Positions 33,877-47,403 are shown, counted from the first letter of the stretch. The stretch is DNA of 64,000 nt from an uncultured Acidimicrobiaceae bacterium (GCA_963699815.1 CAVOVK010000004.1:74478-138477), one strand, 5' to 3'. Made by a program: numbers and translations. Notes: generated from the letters alone by a model not told the origin.

Positions 33877-35030
33877 ATGGGCAGCGCCAATTCCAACCAG
33901 TCCGGCGCGACCCATGTGGCGTCGATCGTGCACGTCACCGATACCCACCTCTTCGTCGACGAACACGGAGCGACACGGGATCGCAGCGATCGCACCCGAC
34001 TGGTTCGTGGGCTCGAACGGATCGGGGTCAAGGATCTCGAGTTTGCCGAAGCGGAGATGACCGAGCGGTTCGTCGACGCACTCCAGCGGGCAGTCGACCT
34101 CGAGCGGACCGTGCTGCCGGCCGCCGCACCGATCGTCGCCGTGCACACCGGCGACGCGGAGGCCTTCGGATCCACCGATCACGAGCATGCATTCTCCGGC
34201 TTCGCACACATCGACCGCATCTTGGCGGACGTCGGGCTCGGCGATGCGGTGGTCTCGGTTTCGGCAATCACGATGTGTGGCCGGGGAGCGTGGCGCTGTT
34301 CGGCCTCAACGGCCCCCGCCACGACCCCCAGAAGCACCACATCGCCAGAGCGGTCGACATGGTCGGCGACCTGCCACCGCCGGCACCGATTCGGTTCCCG
34401 ACCCCGGCCGGGTTCGACCTCGTGTTCGCACCCCTCAACTCCGTGAACTCGCATGTGATTCGAGGCGCGCTGCTCGCCTACGGCCGGGTCTCCCACCATC
34501 CACCGGCGAGCGGACGCCCACTCGACCGGATCGCGGGCTACGGCCTGGCACCTCACGACTTGAACATCGCCGTGATGCACCACCCACCCCACTTCTACCG
34601 GCCCCTGACACTGCGCGACCGACTCGGTATCGGACATCTCGACGACTCCGAGTCCGTGGCCCGCGAACTCGCCGCGGCCGGTATCGATCTGGTGCTCGCG
34701 GGCCACCGCCACCGTCTCGACCCGTCGCTGGGCGAACAGATCGATGCGACCGAGCCCACCCAGTGGCCGCTCCCGGGCGGAATCGCTCAAATGGTCGCGA
34801 TCTCGCCGACGATCCCGACCGATGCCGCGGCCGCCCGCCACGACCCGACAGGCTCGCCGCGCAGCGGGATCTGCGTGTATCGCGTCGTGGTGGGTACCGG
34901 GTCGGTCTCGCTCGATCGGGTGATCCATCCGACCGAGCCCGGGCGCTCCTCGGAACCCGTGATCGAACGCGGAACCGTGACGGGGCTCGCCGTGCACGGC
35001 GCCACGAGCACCAACCCAATCGGCCGCTGA
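33877..35030 (+). CDS. Metallophosphoesterase-fold protein (frameshift ~34260)
   Basis: HVTDTH, HTGD, GNHD (across the shift), MHHPP, LAGHRH. Confidence 0.75.
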
Positions 35031-35071
35031 TCGATCCGGCCGAGCGAACTCGGCGCGGCTAACTTCGGCGA

Positions 35072-35905
35072 GTGGCCGCAGCACCCGAGTTGACGATCGA
35101 ACACCCCCAGCAATGGGCCAAGACGCTGACCGTGCTCGGCCAGGTCGTCGTCGTCACCGCGGTGCTCGCGACGATCGTGTCGATCGTGCTCGTGGAGCGC
35201 TTCTCCACCACCTACGAGGACGGCTTGACCGTGACCGAGGAGTCGGCAGCGTTGGTGGCGGACGCCGTCGAGCCGCTCCATACGCTCGCCGACGATCTGG
35301 CGGGTCTCGCCCTCACACTGGTCGACGGGCTCGAACTTGCACAGTCGGTGATCGACAGCACCACCGACATCCTCGCGACGACCGGTGATGCGTTCAGCAC
35401 GAACCTGGCCACGAGTGCCGAGGCGGCCGCCGACGTGGCGGACCGGCTGGCGGACGTGTTGGAACTGATCGAACGGCTCATCCCCGGCGAGAGCCAGAGC
35501 ATCGCCGAGGAGCTTCGCTCGTTCGCCGACGGGCTCGCGCCGGTCGCCGATCAGTTGCGAGTGATCGGGAGCGAGCTGACCACAGCGGCGACCAATCTGG
35601 ATGAGAGCCAGGCCACCCTGTCGGATTTGGCCGAACAGGTCGGAACGCTCGCTGCCGACATCAGCGGGCTCACGCCGCAGTTCGACGCTCTCGAGGCCAC
35701 TGCCTCCGACCTCCAGATGAGGGCGGCAGCAGCCTCGGATCGCATGGGCCTCGACCTCTGGCTGATCCGAATCCTGATCCTTTCGGTCGGTGCCGTGTTC
35801 GTGGCGTTCGGGATCGCCATGTATCGCTTCGCCAGGGATTGGCTGATCATCGACGTCGATCCTCCACCGATGCCGATGCCGATCCCGAGCGAGCACGACA
35901 GCTGA
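35072..35905 (+). CDS. Membrane protein with two TM helices flanking a long helical coiled coil
   Basis: Hydrophobic N- and C-terminal segments; acidic heptad-like middle region. Confidence 0.7.
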   Translation: MAAAPELTIEHPQQWAKTLTVLGQVVVVTAVLATIVSIVLVERFSTTYEDGLTVTEESAALVADAVEPLHTLADDLAGLALTLVDGLELAQSVIDSTTDILATTGDAFSTNLATSAEAAADVADRLADVLELIERLIPGESQSIAEELRSFADGLAPVADQLRVIGSELTTAATNLDESQATLSDLAEQVGTLAADISGLTPQFDALEATASDLQMRAAAASDRMGLDLWLIRILILSVGAVFVAFGIAMYRFARDWLIIDVDPPPMPMPIPSEHDS

Positions 35906-35972
35906 CCCCGACCGGGCGCTCGCGAGGGCCTCGCCAACCATCGTCGGCGAGCGACCGTGTGCGCGAGAACGC

Positions 35973-36824
35973 GTGGTGTGCGATGCTCGCGGCGTGGAAT
36001 CCGCCTACGACTGGAAGCAGTACTACGCGGCCGAGCGCGAACGGTTGGGAGCCGCGGCGTTGCTGGCGCAGTTCGATGCCGTGCCGCCACTCGAACTGCG
36101 TAGTGGCGGAGCGATCGTGGTGCCCCACACCCGCATCGAGGTGACCGGTAACCAGATCGCGACCGCGGTGTCGACGGTGCTCGCATCGGACGTCGAGCGA
36201 GTGTTGGCGCTCGGGGTGCTGCACGGGGCGCGACGCTGCGACCGCGATCAGGTGACGGCGGCCCGTAATGGCGACCCCGAGGCCCGCTCCGCCCTGCGGG
36301 GTGTCCACGACGAATCCGGTCTGGCGGCGGAAGAGTTCTCGCTCGATGGCTTCGTCCACGTGCTCGGCCTGGCCTGCGATCACGTCGGACGCCGAGTCGA
36401 GGTCGTGTGCCGCTACCCCTTCCTGGTCGGTGACGACCCGGCGTCGCTGCCCGGCATCGACGAACTCGAGCGATTCATCGACGACGGCGCACTGCTCGTC
36501 GCCACCACCGACCCCATTCATCACGGCCACGCCTACGGCACACCGCCACACGAGTGCCTCGATGCCGCCGACGCGTCCACGCTCGACACCGCGTGATCGG
36601 CGATCGACGACCAGCTCGTCGCCCTCGCCGAACATCGCTTCGCGGACTTCGCCCAGCTCGTCGAGCGCCACCGTTCCGACTTCCGTGACACCGGCCCGGT
36701 AACGGCACAGCTCATCGGTGAAGGATTCACGCCACACGTGCACGACCTGGCCCTCGTCGACTACGCCGATGCCCTCGCAGCTCCGGCACCGACCTGGGTC
36801 GCCGGCGCGCTGATCACGGTCTGA
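35973..36824 (+). CDS. Hypothetical protein, distant MEMO1/AmmeMemo-B-like (frameshift ~36592)
   Basis: IVVPHT, LGVLH, EEFSLD, ATTDPIHHG echo the MEMO motifs PHAG, GxxH, EHSxE, SSDxxHYG. Confidence 0.45.
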
Positions 36825-36851
36825 AACGACGACGTGACCATCCAACGGCCG

Positions 36852-37478
36852 TCACGCGGGCGGGCGTCCAGCCTCGCCTCGTCGTAGGGTGATCAGTTCG
36901 ACCATGAGGTCGCGGAACTCGAGCAGGCCGGGCGTCGAAGCGTCCAGCACCTTGGCGAGATCGTCCCATCGGCGCAGATCGACGGCGGTTCCAGCCAGCG
37001 GTTCCCGCTCGAACTCGGCGACCTCGGCCTCCGACATCGGGCCACCCTGGAGCACCAGACTGGCGACCGACGCAGGCGACAGATCGCCGTGGTAGTCGGG
37101 TGACGTCGCGCACAGATACCGCTTGGCTGCGACATGCAGACGGATCGGATCGGTGACCGCCGGGGTGAACCAGCCGGCGAGGAAGCGTGCACCGACCGCC
37201 TCGTGCCGCAGGTCGCGCTCACGATCGTGGCCGTGTGCGAGCAGGTGCCCGATGTCGTGCAGAAATGCCGCGGTGATCGTGGACGCATCGGCACCAGCCG
37301 CCATCGCCAGCGCCCCGCTCTGCAGCGCATGCTCGGTCTGGGTGATCACCTCGTCGTAGCGATCACCGCCGCGCTGCTCGAACAGGTCGATCAGGGCGTC
37401 GGCGACGTCGTCGGGCGAACCGAGCTCCCGCCACCTTGCCGTCTCACTCAATGATGACTCCTTGCCGAGGGGACGCAT
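36852..37478 (-). CDS. HD-domain protein, PhnZ/phosphonate-degradation-like
   Basis: YDEVITQTEHALQ, LHDIGH, HEAVGA, HVAAKRYL, SLVLQGG, RRWDDLAK. Confidence 0.82.
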   Translation of the reverse strand: MRPLGKESSLSETARWRELGSPDDVADALIDLFEQRGGDRYDEVITQTEHALQSGALAMAAGADASTITAAFLHDIGHLLAHGHDRERDLRHEAVGARFLAGWFTPAVTDPIRLHVAAKRYLCATSPDYHGDLSPASVASLVLQGGPMSEAEVAEFEREPLAGTAVDLRRWDDLAKVLDASTPGLLEFRDLMVELITLRRGEAGRPPA

Positions 37479-37515
37479 GACCGATCCAGGACCGATGGGG
37501 ATGTGTGACCGGTGT

Positions 37516-38497
37516 TCACAGCCAGTCGTTGCGCTTGAAGAACCGGTGCAACACGAGCATGATGACGCCCATCCCGGCCAACGTCAACGGGTAACCGAGG
37601 CTCGAATCGAGCTCGGGCATGTGGTCGAAGTTCATGCCGTAGACGCCGGCGATCAGGGTCGGTACCGCAGCCATCGCCACCCAGGCGCTGATCTTGCGCA
37701 TGTCCTCGTTCTGCTGGATGCCGGTCTGGGCGAGGCTCGCGGTGAGTGCCGCATCGAGCAGGTTCGACAACGACCGCGTCCGGCCGACCGTGCGGTTCAG
37801 TTGGTCGGAGGCCGCGCTCAGGGTCTCCAGCGTCTCGGAGTCGGCATGGCGTCGAACGTGCCGGATCAACCGCTCGAGCGGTTCGTCGAGTGCCTCGAGC
37901 GGAGTCTGGAAGCCGCGTACCTCGCGCTTGAGCCGGTACAGGCGCCGGACCGGCTGCGGCCCGCCTTCGGTGAAGACGTCCTGCTCGACCTCGATCAGGT
38001 CGTTCTCGAACCCGTCGAGGGCTGGGCTGTAGTCGGCGACCACCTGGGCGATGATCTCCGCCATCACGCCGAGCGGCCCGCTGTCGAGTCGCTCGGGGTC
38101 CGCCTCGAGCTCGGACCTGAGATGAGCGAGCGGGCTGGCATGGCCGTACCTCACCGCGATGATCGCGTTCTCCCAGACGAGCAACGTCAATTCGCCGAGC
38201 GAGATCGTCTCGTCGCGATCGACGTAGCGGGCGGTCCTCAGAACGAGCTCGAGGGCTGGGCCGTCGAGACTGAGCACCGGTCGCGTGTGCGGTGCGAGCA
38301 CCTCGTCGACTTCGATCTGGCCCGTGCACCCGAGCACGTCGACGGCGCGACGCGAGCTCGTCGGCGCTCGGCATGGAGAAGCCCAGCCAGGCAAACGCAC
38401 CCTCGTGCGCCGGCAGCATCGCCAGCGAGTCGATCGTCGGTGGAAGGTCGAGCCTGCGGCCCTCCGAATAGAGCGCGCAGTCGACGATCACCACCAC
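37516..38497 (-). CDS. corA: CorA magnesium/cobalt transporter (frameshift ~38345)
   Basis: QQNEDMRKISAW, PTLIAGVYGMNF signature, MPEL. Confidence 0.9.
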
Positions 38498-38626
38498 ATT
38501 GTGCACGATCGGACAGGGGTCTTCGAGCCGCACGTCGGGACGTCACTCGGTTCAACAAGGCCGCCGCAGGGCTGCGATACTCCGGTGTCCGAGAGTTCAC
38601 CTGCGGTCGAAGCCATGAGGAGTGCC

Positions 38627-40250
<1,624 letters not shown>

Positions 40251-40307
40251 GGTACCGCGGCGCCGGTTGGGTTTCCTCCCCGCGGCGACGTCGATCGCGA
40301 AACCGAT

Positions 40308-40472
40308 TCAGCGTCCGAAGAGCTGAGCGAGCCAACCCGACTGGGAAGACTCCGACGATGCGCAGTCACAGCGGTCGTCCGGGGCCACATCCCCGAGGAC
40401 ACTCTCGACGTGTGCGCCACAACCGCGCCACGACGGCTTCTGACACGACCTGCAAGTGGTTCGCTGACACAT
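40308..40472 (-). CDS. Small Cys-rich protein (54 aa)
   Basis: MCQRTTCRSCQKPSWRGCGAHVESVLGDVAPDDRCDC... preceded by a CAGGAG RBS. Confidence 0.7.
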   Translation of the reverse strand: MCQRTTCRSCQKPSWRGCGAHVESVLGDVAPDDRCDCASSESSQSGWLAQLFGR

Positions 40473-40642
40473 GATGCTCTCCTGAATGATCCGGTCGGCA
40501 ACCGCCGGGTGCCCGACGTTTGCTGGCTGTTCTCGACCCTGATGGACGACGACAGATAATGTACGGACATTTACGGGAAATGCAACCACCACCGACAAGA
40601 TCGATGGCCCGGCGATGCTCGATGTCTCACCGATCCGGGCTC

Positions 40643-40715
40643 CGACCGTCACGCCGAGGCGGTGACGACCAGCACCACTCGACCGTCACGCCGAGGCGGT
40701 GAAGACGAGCAGCAC
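40643..40715. repeat. Direct repeat of the META gene 3' end (23 bp identical, 37-bp period)
   Basis: CGACCGTCACGCCGAGGCGGTGA at 40643 and 40680. Confidence 0.9.
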
Positions 40716-41102
40716 TTCGTCGGCGTCGTCGGTGAGGGTCAACGTGTCGCCGTCGACGGCGAACCGGCTGACGGTGGGGAGCACCTGGAAGAATTGCGTC
40801 TCGACCTCGGTCACGGCGGGTTGGCACGCCATCATGGTGGACATGATTTCGGGGGCGATCGTCACGGCCCCGTCCTCGAACGATGCGTTGCTGCCGTAGT
40901 TGTTGCAGCCGCCCGAACCGGCGACCCGAGCACCGTCGAATTCGAGGGTCGGTACGATCCCGTCGGGAACGGGTTCGCCACCGAGTTCGGACAGCTGCCA
41001 CACCACACCGGTCACGTCGGCGCCGGTGCTGGGGGCATCGTCGCCTCCGCACGCGGCGAACAGGCCCGCACCGACCGAGACGAGCAGCGACCACACCGAC
41101 AC
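40686..41102 (-). CDS. META (HslJ-like) domain lipoprotein
   Basis: FAACGGDD lipobox; WQL, GSGGCNNY, STMMAC. Confidence 0.85.
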   Translation of the reverse strand: MSVWSLLVSVGAGLFAACGGDDAPSTGADVTGVVWQLSELGGEPVPDGIVPTLEFDGARVAGSGGCNNYGSNASFEDGAVTIAPEIMSTMMACQPAVTEVETQFFQVLPTVSRFAVDGDTLTLTDDADEVLLVFTASA

Positions 41103-41501
41103 ATCTGCGAACCGTCGTCATGGCAGAACTCTCCCACACACATCGGTCGCGGACAATCATGCGATCCGGGCGTTCCGAGCGGACGATTGCCACCCGTTGG
41201 TCGGGGCAGATCCCGATTCGGTCGTGACCTCGGGGCTGTCGGCACCGAGGCCGAGGCGCACGTTGTCGGCGACTCCGGCCGCAGGACGATGTAGGTCATC
41301 CCTGCATGCGATCGTGGATTGGATGTCGGTGTCGAGCCCGAACCGCCTCACGGAACGATCGGCAGCCGGGACGTGGGATTGGCTACGCTCCCGTGAAGGC
41401 GTCGCTCGCCGCCCGGCCGAACGTCGACGCGGTCGTCATGCCGTGAGCACCCGACCGACTGAAGACTCGGCCGAGTCGGCACGACACAAGGGATCGACAC
41501 G

Positions 41502-42560
41502 ATGACCATCAAGATCGGACTCTCGCTCGACCCGTCGACACCGCGGTTCCTCGAACTCGCCCAGGAGGCCGAACGGATCGGTGTCGATTCGGTCTGGGTG
41601 GCCGAGTACTGGGCCTACGACGCGTTCACGCCCCTCGCTGCCATCGCCTCGGTGACCGAACGTCTGCGTCTCGCCACAGGGATCGCTCAACTGGGTGCCC
41701 GCAGTCCGGCGATGCTGGCGATGACCGCGCTCGGCGTGCAAGCCGTCTCGGACGGCCGACTCATCCTCGGCATCGGCGTGAGCGGACCGCAGGTGATGGA
41801 GGGGTGGCACGGCGTCACGTTCGATCGCCCGGTGCGCCGCAGCCGCGAGACGATCGAGATCGTCAAGATGGTCGCCTCGGGTGAGCGGCTGGTCTACGAC
41901 GGGTCCGTGTACCGGCTCCCACTTCCCGGCGGCGCCGGGAAGGCGATCCGATCACGCGCCGATCCGACGCCGATACCCGTGTACATCGCGGCGCTCGGAC
42001 CGGCCAACCTCCGACTCACCGGCGAGCTCGGCGATGGCTGGATCGGCAACTCGTTCTTCCCCGAGTCTGCCGACGTGTTCTTCGATCCGATCGCCGAAGC
42101 GGCGGCCGGAGCCGGGCGGTCGTTCGCCGACATCGATCGTGTCGTGGCCGTCTCTCTCGAGTTCACGGAGGACGATCCTGTAGCGATCGAGGCCGCCGGT
42201 CGCCGTCACGCCAACGGATACGCGTTCACCTTCGGGGCGATGGGCACGACGGGCAAGAACTTCTACAACGATGCGTTCGCTCGCCAGGGCTACGGCGTCG
42301 ATGTGGCCGAGGTCGAACGACTGTGGGCGTCGGGCGACCGCGCGGCCGCCGAAGCACACGTCCCGATCGAGATCGGTCTCGGCACCAACCTGGTCGGCCC
42401 GCCGGCCACGATCCGCACCCGACTCCGTGAGTACGAACGCTGCGGCGTCACCACGCTGCGGGTCGGGGTGAGCGGCAGCTTCGACGAGAAGATCGCGGCC
42501 CTCGAGATGCTCGTCGGCTCGCCGGAGACGTCGGCCAGGATCAACCCGTCGATCAACGAC
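41502..42560 (+). CDS. LLM-class flavin-dependent oxidoreductase (true stop probably lost)
   Basis: SVWVAEYW, LATGI, GRLILGIGVSGPQVMEGWHG, IPVYIAALGP, GDGW. Confidence 0.85.
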
Positions 42561-42743
42561 GAGCACCATCGTGACGATTCTCGACAGGTGATGCCGTCGT
42601 TCCGGTGCGCGCAGGCGCGGTACGACCCTGTCGAGTCACCCCGCCGGCACCGCCTCACACGAGGTGCCGTGTCATCGACGGACCGAGTCCCGTTCGACGC
42701 GGTCGAGCCCGCTCGGAACAGTCCCACCACGTACGGTCATGAG

Positions 42744-43910
42744 ATGGCCAGTGAAGCGAACCCGAACGACCGAGGAACCGGATTCGACGCCGAACCGTTC
42801 CGGTTCTTCGACAACCGCGAAAAGTATCTGCTGTTCGTCACCACCACGAGTGAGAAGAGGGTGGTCGCGTCCCGAATCGGCGACGAACTCGATCTGCTCG
42901 AACCCACACCGCCGGCCCTTCGCGTGTTCGACGCCGGGACCGGCAACGGAGTAGTGCTCGCACACGTGTTGAGTGATCTGCACAACAGGATGCCGACGGT
43001 GCCGTTCGTCGTGGTCGGCAAGGAGATCAGCATGGAAGACACGCGCCTCACGCTGTCGACCCTCCCCGACCGGCTCGTCGAGCACCCGGAGACCGCTGTC
43101 GTCATCACGAATATGACCTACGCCGAGGCGCCACGCTTGTTTCCTCGCAAGCCCGAGAACCGGGAACGAATCGCATGGTGGGACATCGGTCTCGACGGCA
43201 CCACCTCACACGAGTTCCAACAGCAGATCTCGGGCCTCGAACACGTGCTGTCGCAGGGATGGCAGACCGTCACGAGCCCGGCGACCGGCAACCCGATCTA
43301 CGCGACGCCCTCGGTCCTCGTGCTGTATCGGTCCGATCGTGCCTTCGTGCTGCACGATGTGATCCCGCGCAACATCGGCGCGCCGCAGCCGTTCGGCTAC
43401 GACCTCGTGCTCGCGGCGCAGCCGTACCGTTCGCGGACGCCCGCCGAGCTCAAGGTGCGTACCGTGCTGGTCCCGTTGGCCGAAGCGCTCGATCCGAAAG
43501 GGCGGCTCGTCGTCGTGCAGTCGACCGGGCACGATCCGGGCATGGAGATCATTCGGCGGATCTGGCCCGGCGACGAGCCGTTCGCCACCCCGCGCCATCT
43601 CTTGGTCAAGGAACTCGATCGTCAACTCAACGGCGAAGGACCAGCGGAGTTCGTGTTCGAGAACCACGACGATGCCCGGGCGCTGTTCAGCTACCACTTG
43701 CACGCCATGCCGAGCGAGATCAGCAACCGGTTGAGCACCTCGACGGCGCTCGCGGCCTGGAACGCTGCGATCTACGTCGCCCAGATCGACGACGAGAGCG
43801 TGTCCGAAGCGATGCGGCACAGCGACTACCTCCAGGTCACCAACGAGATCGTCCTCAAGCACGGCGGCCTCTGGTTCCAGGACGAGAGCTTCGTCGTCGT
43901 CAGGCAGTAG
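42744..43910 (+). CDS. Conserved hypothetical protein with class I SAM-binding-like motif
   Basis: FRFFDNREKYLLFVTTTSEK, then VFDAGTGNG (motif I-like) and GKEISMED; in frame with the LLM ORF. Confidence 0.65.
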   Translation: MASEANPNDRGTGFDAEPFRFFDNREKYLLFVTTTSEKRVVASRIGDELDLLEPTPPALRVFDAGTGNGVVLAHVLSDLHNRMPTVPFVVVGKEISMEDTRLTLSTLPDRLVEHPETAVVITNMTYAEAPRLFPRKPENRERIAWWDIGLDGTTSHEFQQQISGLEHVLSQGWQTVTSPATGNPIYATPSVLVLYRSDRAFVLHDVIPRNIGAPQPFGYDLVLAAQPYRSRTPAELKVRTVLVPLAEALDPKGRLVVVQSTGHDPGMEIIRRIWPGDEPFATPRHLLVKELDRQLNGEGPAEFVFENHDDARALFSYHLHAMPSEISNRLSTSTALAAWNAAIYVAQIDDESVSEAMRHSDYLQVTNEIVLKHGGLWFQDESFVVVRQ

Positions 43911-43949
43911 TGCACGCTCGATCAGGGCAATCAGAACGCGCCGGCTGGG

Positions 43950-46900
43950 CTAGGGCTGGGGAGTGGTCCGCTGGGGCCCGATCGTCCATTCCACGCCGAC
44001 GATCCCGCCGCTCCGGGCGAACAGTTGCTGTGACTGGCGGAGGTGAGGGCGAGACCATCCCGGTGCTCACTGGTGCCGTCGTCGACGGACGACGGTGACC
44101 CCGTCGACCTCACCTCGGGCGAGCGTCATCGGAACCGAACAGAAGGTGAACGATGCCGAACCACGACCAACTGTGGCGTCTCCCGACGGCACGATTTCGC
44201 TCAGCGGGAGCAGACCCGGGGACAGCGAGACGCACCCGTGTGTGACTCTCAGCCCCAGTTCGCCGAGCCGGGTCAGCACCTCTTCTTTGACTTGACCGGT
44301 CATGCCGGGCTGCTGGGCACCGGCGTGAGCGGGGGTGTGCGAATAGCAGTCGGTCGGGATCGCGCCGTACTCCCCCGGTTGCTTCCGGAACCCGAGACCA
44401 GACCGGATCCGGCGGTACGCGTCGGCCAGTCGCTCGACGACGTCGTCGGGTGCACCGTGATCGACGGCTGCCCAATACGTCTCCTGAACCGCGAGCAGCA
44501 GCTTGGCGACCATGTGCCAGTAGACCGAACCGATGCCTTCGTAGCCGTACATGCTGCCCGAGCGTCCGGTGAACGAACTGTGATGGAAGACCGTCTTCGT
44601 ACAACTCGATGATCCGATCGCGATCGGACTCGGGCAGGGTCGTCTGATCGAGCGACGTGGCGAGCACGCCGGCGTTGATGATGTCGGGCCGGAACCGCAG
44701 CCGACCCTCGAGATCGGTCGCGAAGATCCGCCGCAGCGAATCGTCGAGCGGTCCAGCGAGCCACGGGATCGCTGCGACGGCTCGCGGGGGCACGATGTTG
44801 CGTTCGAGGAACGGCGGCAGCGCGACCACCGGGTACAGCATGAACGTGTCCTGGTCAGCTCGGTACATCCCGGAGGCGAACAGGGCGTCGACCAGATCGA
44901 CCGAGGCTTCGGGGTCGAGGGCACCGGACGAAAGCACCGCGACCTGACCTTCGAGCATCGGGCCGAGGTGGTCGACATGTGCCGTATCGGCGGTCGGGAA
45001 GGAGACGCGGTTGTACGAGTGATACAGGCCGTCGGCGCGCTGCGCACCCCGGATCGACTGCTCCAGGTGCTCGCCTGCCAGGTCGCACAGACGTCGCACG
45101 TCGGCGATCGACGACGTCGAGCGGCGTCTGATCGGTTCCCTGACCGACTCGTCGGCGATGTTCGGAACCAGCCGCGCCGAGGGCGTCGACGATCGAGCGC
45201 CGGGCTCCGATCGTCGATCGGCTCGGCCGCCGGTGGGATCTGTTCGAAGACGTCGAGGATGCCCTGGAACCAGGCGGCCACCGAGTTCGTGAGCCCCGAC
45301 GCTCTCGGCATCGACGCCATCGAGCTGTGAGCGACGAACTGCAGGTACCGGCGCAGGTGGTAGAGCGTGACCATCGACAACCCGGGACCCGCCAGTGCGT
45401 TGTTGGCGTCGTTCCACTCGGGGCGCTGCGTGTTGAGCCAGATCCCGCCACCCGGCACGAAGCTGGTGAGCTTGGCGAGCGCCGGCACGAGCAGCTTCTC
45501 GAGCAGCCCGATTCTCAGCAGTGCCCCGTCGTCATCCACGACGAGCCGTCCGTCGGAGCCCAGCTGCTGCTCGCGCCGGGCGATCGCTTCGGCGCGCCGC
45601 CTCGTCGAAGGTGATGGTGTTCTTCGGGTCGGCGACCATCGCATCGTGGTCGGCGATCACGTACGGCACGTCGGCGTACACGAACACCGGTCGATCCAGC
45701 CACTCCCGGATCGCTCCGGGCTCGTGCTGCTCCCATGCTTCGAGCAGGCGCAGCAGGTAGATGATCTGATGGTCTCCCCAGTAGCCGATGTGACTCCACG
45801 GATCGTCGGGGTCGGGCACCTCCCAGTCGATGCCGTCGCGCGAGATGCGGTACGGGTTGTAGCCGTCGATCGTCGATGCGTTCACGAACTTGGCGACCAC
45901 GTGGGCGTAGTAGGCGGGGAACGACTGCAGCAGGGCTTCCCAGTTCTGGAAGATGTCGCGCCAGTTGCCCTCGTACGACAGCAGCTCTCCACCGTCGTCG
46001 TTGCGGACGTTGATCGAGAATCGGTTCCACGGCCGGCTGGGATCGCCGTGTCGACGCGAGAACGTGAGCGGCAGGTACTCCAGCACCAGCCGGATCAGAT
46101 CGTCGTCGCCGGTCGCCAACGCGGCGTCGCGCAGCGTCGCCACGTCGACCCACGTACCCAGGGCGCGCCGAGCCAGGTCCGACACCGCTCGGACACCTCA
46201 CGATTGCGGACGCGCACGAACTCGGCGAGGTCGGCCGTCGGGACCTGATGGCCGTACGGGAAGACGCCGCCACGCATCGAGTTGAACAGCACGTTCGACA
46301 GGTGATGGGCATCGGCGATGCCATCGGCCGTCGACTGGAAGGCATCGGCGCCGGCGAGCAACACTCGCAGCCGCTCGGACCCGGCCAGGACGTCGTCGCC
46401 GACGGTTCGAGCGGCATCGGCGTCGGTCGCCGTGCGGGACGCGGCCAGTACGTCGGAGTGGGCGAGCCCGGTGTCGGCCACCATCATCCACGACACCGAA
46501 CCGGACTCGGGAACGGTGACTGCGCCTCGCAGCAGATATGCGCCCGGACGACCCGTGACCAGCCGACTCGGGTCGCGCGGCCGACCCTCGACCATGGCGT
46601 CAATCGCACGAGCATCGAGATCCGGCTCGGCGCCGGTGAATCCCGACGACCAGATCGTCGTCGCGGTGAGCGATTCGGCGGGCTCGGCACGGTCGGTGAT
46701 CAGCGCCTCGAGCGTGTACACGGCGAGCGTGCCCCACGGTCCCGTCTCGGAACGCTTGTACGAGTCGACCAGGTTCGAAAGGATCTGCTCGGTCTGGGCG
46801 TCGACGCCCGCCGGCATCACGTCGAGCAGGCCGTCGAGCACCTCGAGTCCGAAGCCGTGCCCGCCGACATCCCCACCGACATCGACGACTTCGACGGTGC

Positions 46901-47345
46901 GGACCCAACCGTGTGCCCTGGACGGTGCCCATGTCGCCAGGAAGTCGAGACCCCACTCGTGGTGCCGCTCCTCGAAGATCAGTCGGTCGCCGAGGACGCT
47001 CTTGGCGATCGATCGTGAGCATGATGTGTCGCACTCGGCCCCGAACGGTCGCCACAACAGGCGCTGCCCGTCGACGGTACGAGCGATCACCGTCACCGGC
47101 CCCGTGATGCCGGCCGCCCGATGCAACTTGTCGACGGTCTCGTACGGGAAGAGCGAGTGATCGGCATCGACCCGGCCGGCGGTCAGCGCGCCGGTACTCG
47201 ACACGAAGTTCCACAGGTCGGAGTCGGACACGACCGTCATCAGGAACGGCTCCATCTGCTCGACACCGTCGATCCGGTAGTACTCGACACCGTCGATCAG
47301 CGACAGCCCGCCCGTTGGAACGCGTTGCCTCTCCCTCATGATCAT
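43950..47345 (-). CDS. GH149-like beta-1,3-glucan phosphorylase (~1100 aa; multiple frameshifts)
   Basis: PFLMTVVSDSDLW..SS.G.LTAGR, FSRRHGDPSRPWN, YEGNWRDIFQNWEAL, GYWGDHQIIYL, NTQRPEWNDANNAL, FTGRSG..YGYEG.GS.YWHMV, SHTP..GAQQPGMTGQVKE. Family assigned from recalled motifs plus GH16/GH3 context. Confidence 0.75.
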
Positions 47346-47369
47346 CTCACTCCCACTGTGTCGATGCCA

Positions 47370-47403
47370 CGGTGCGGTCCCCCGGGGGGACGGGACCGCA
47401 CCG
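47370..47403. terminator. GC-rich stem-loop upstream of the GH149-like gene
   Basis: CGGTGCGGTCCC...GGGACCGCACCG, 12-bp perfect inverted repeat. Confidence 0.6.

Noticed and set aside
41502-43910. Genuine LLM-methyltransferase fusion
   Set aside because: The linker is non-protein-like and indels are common, so a lost stop is more likely.
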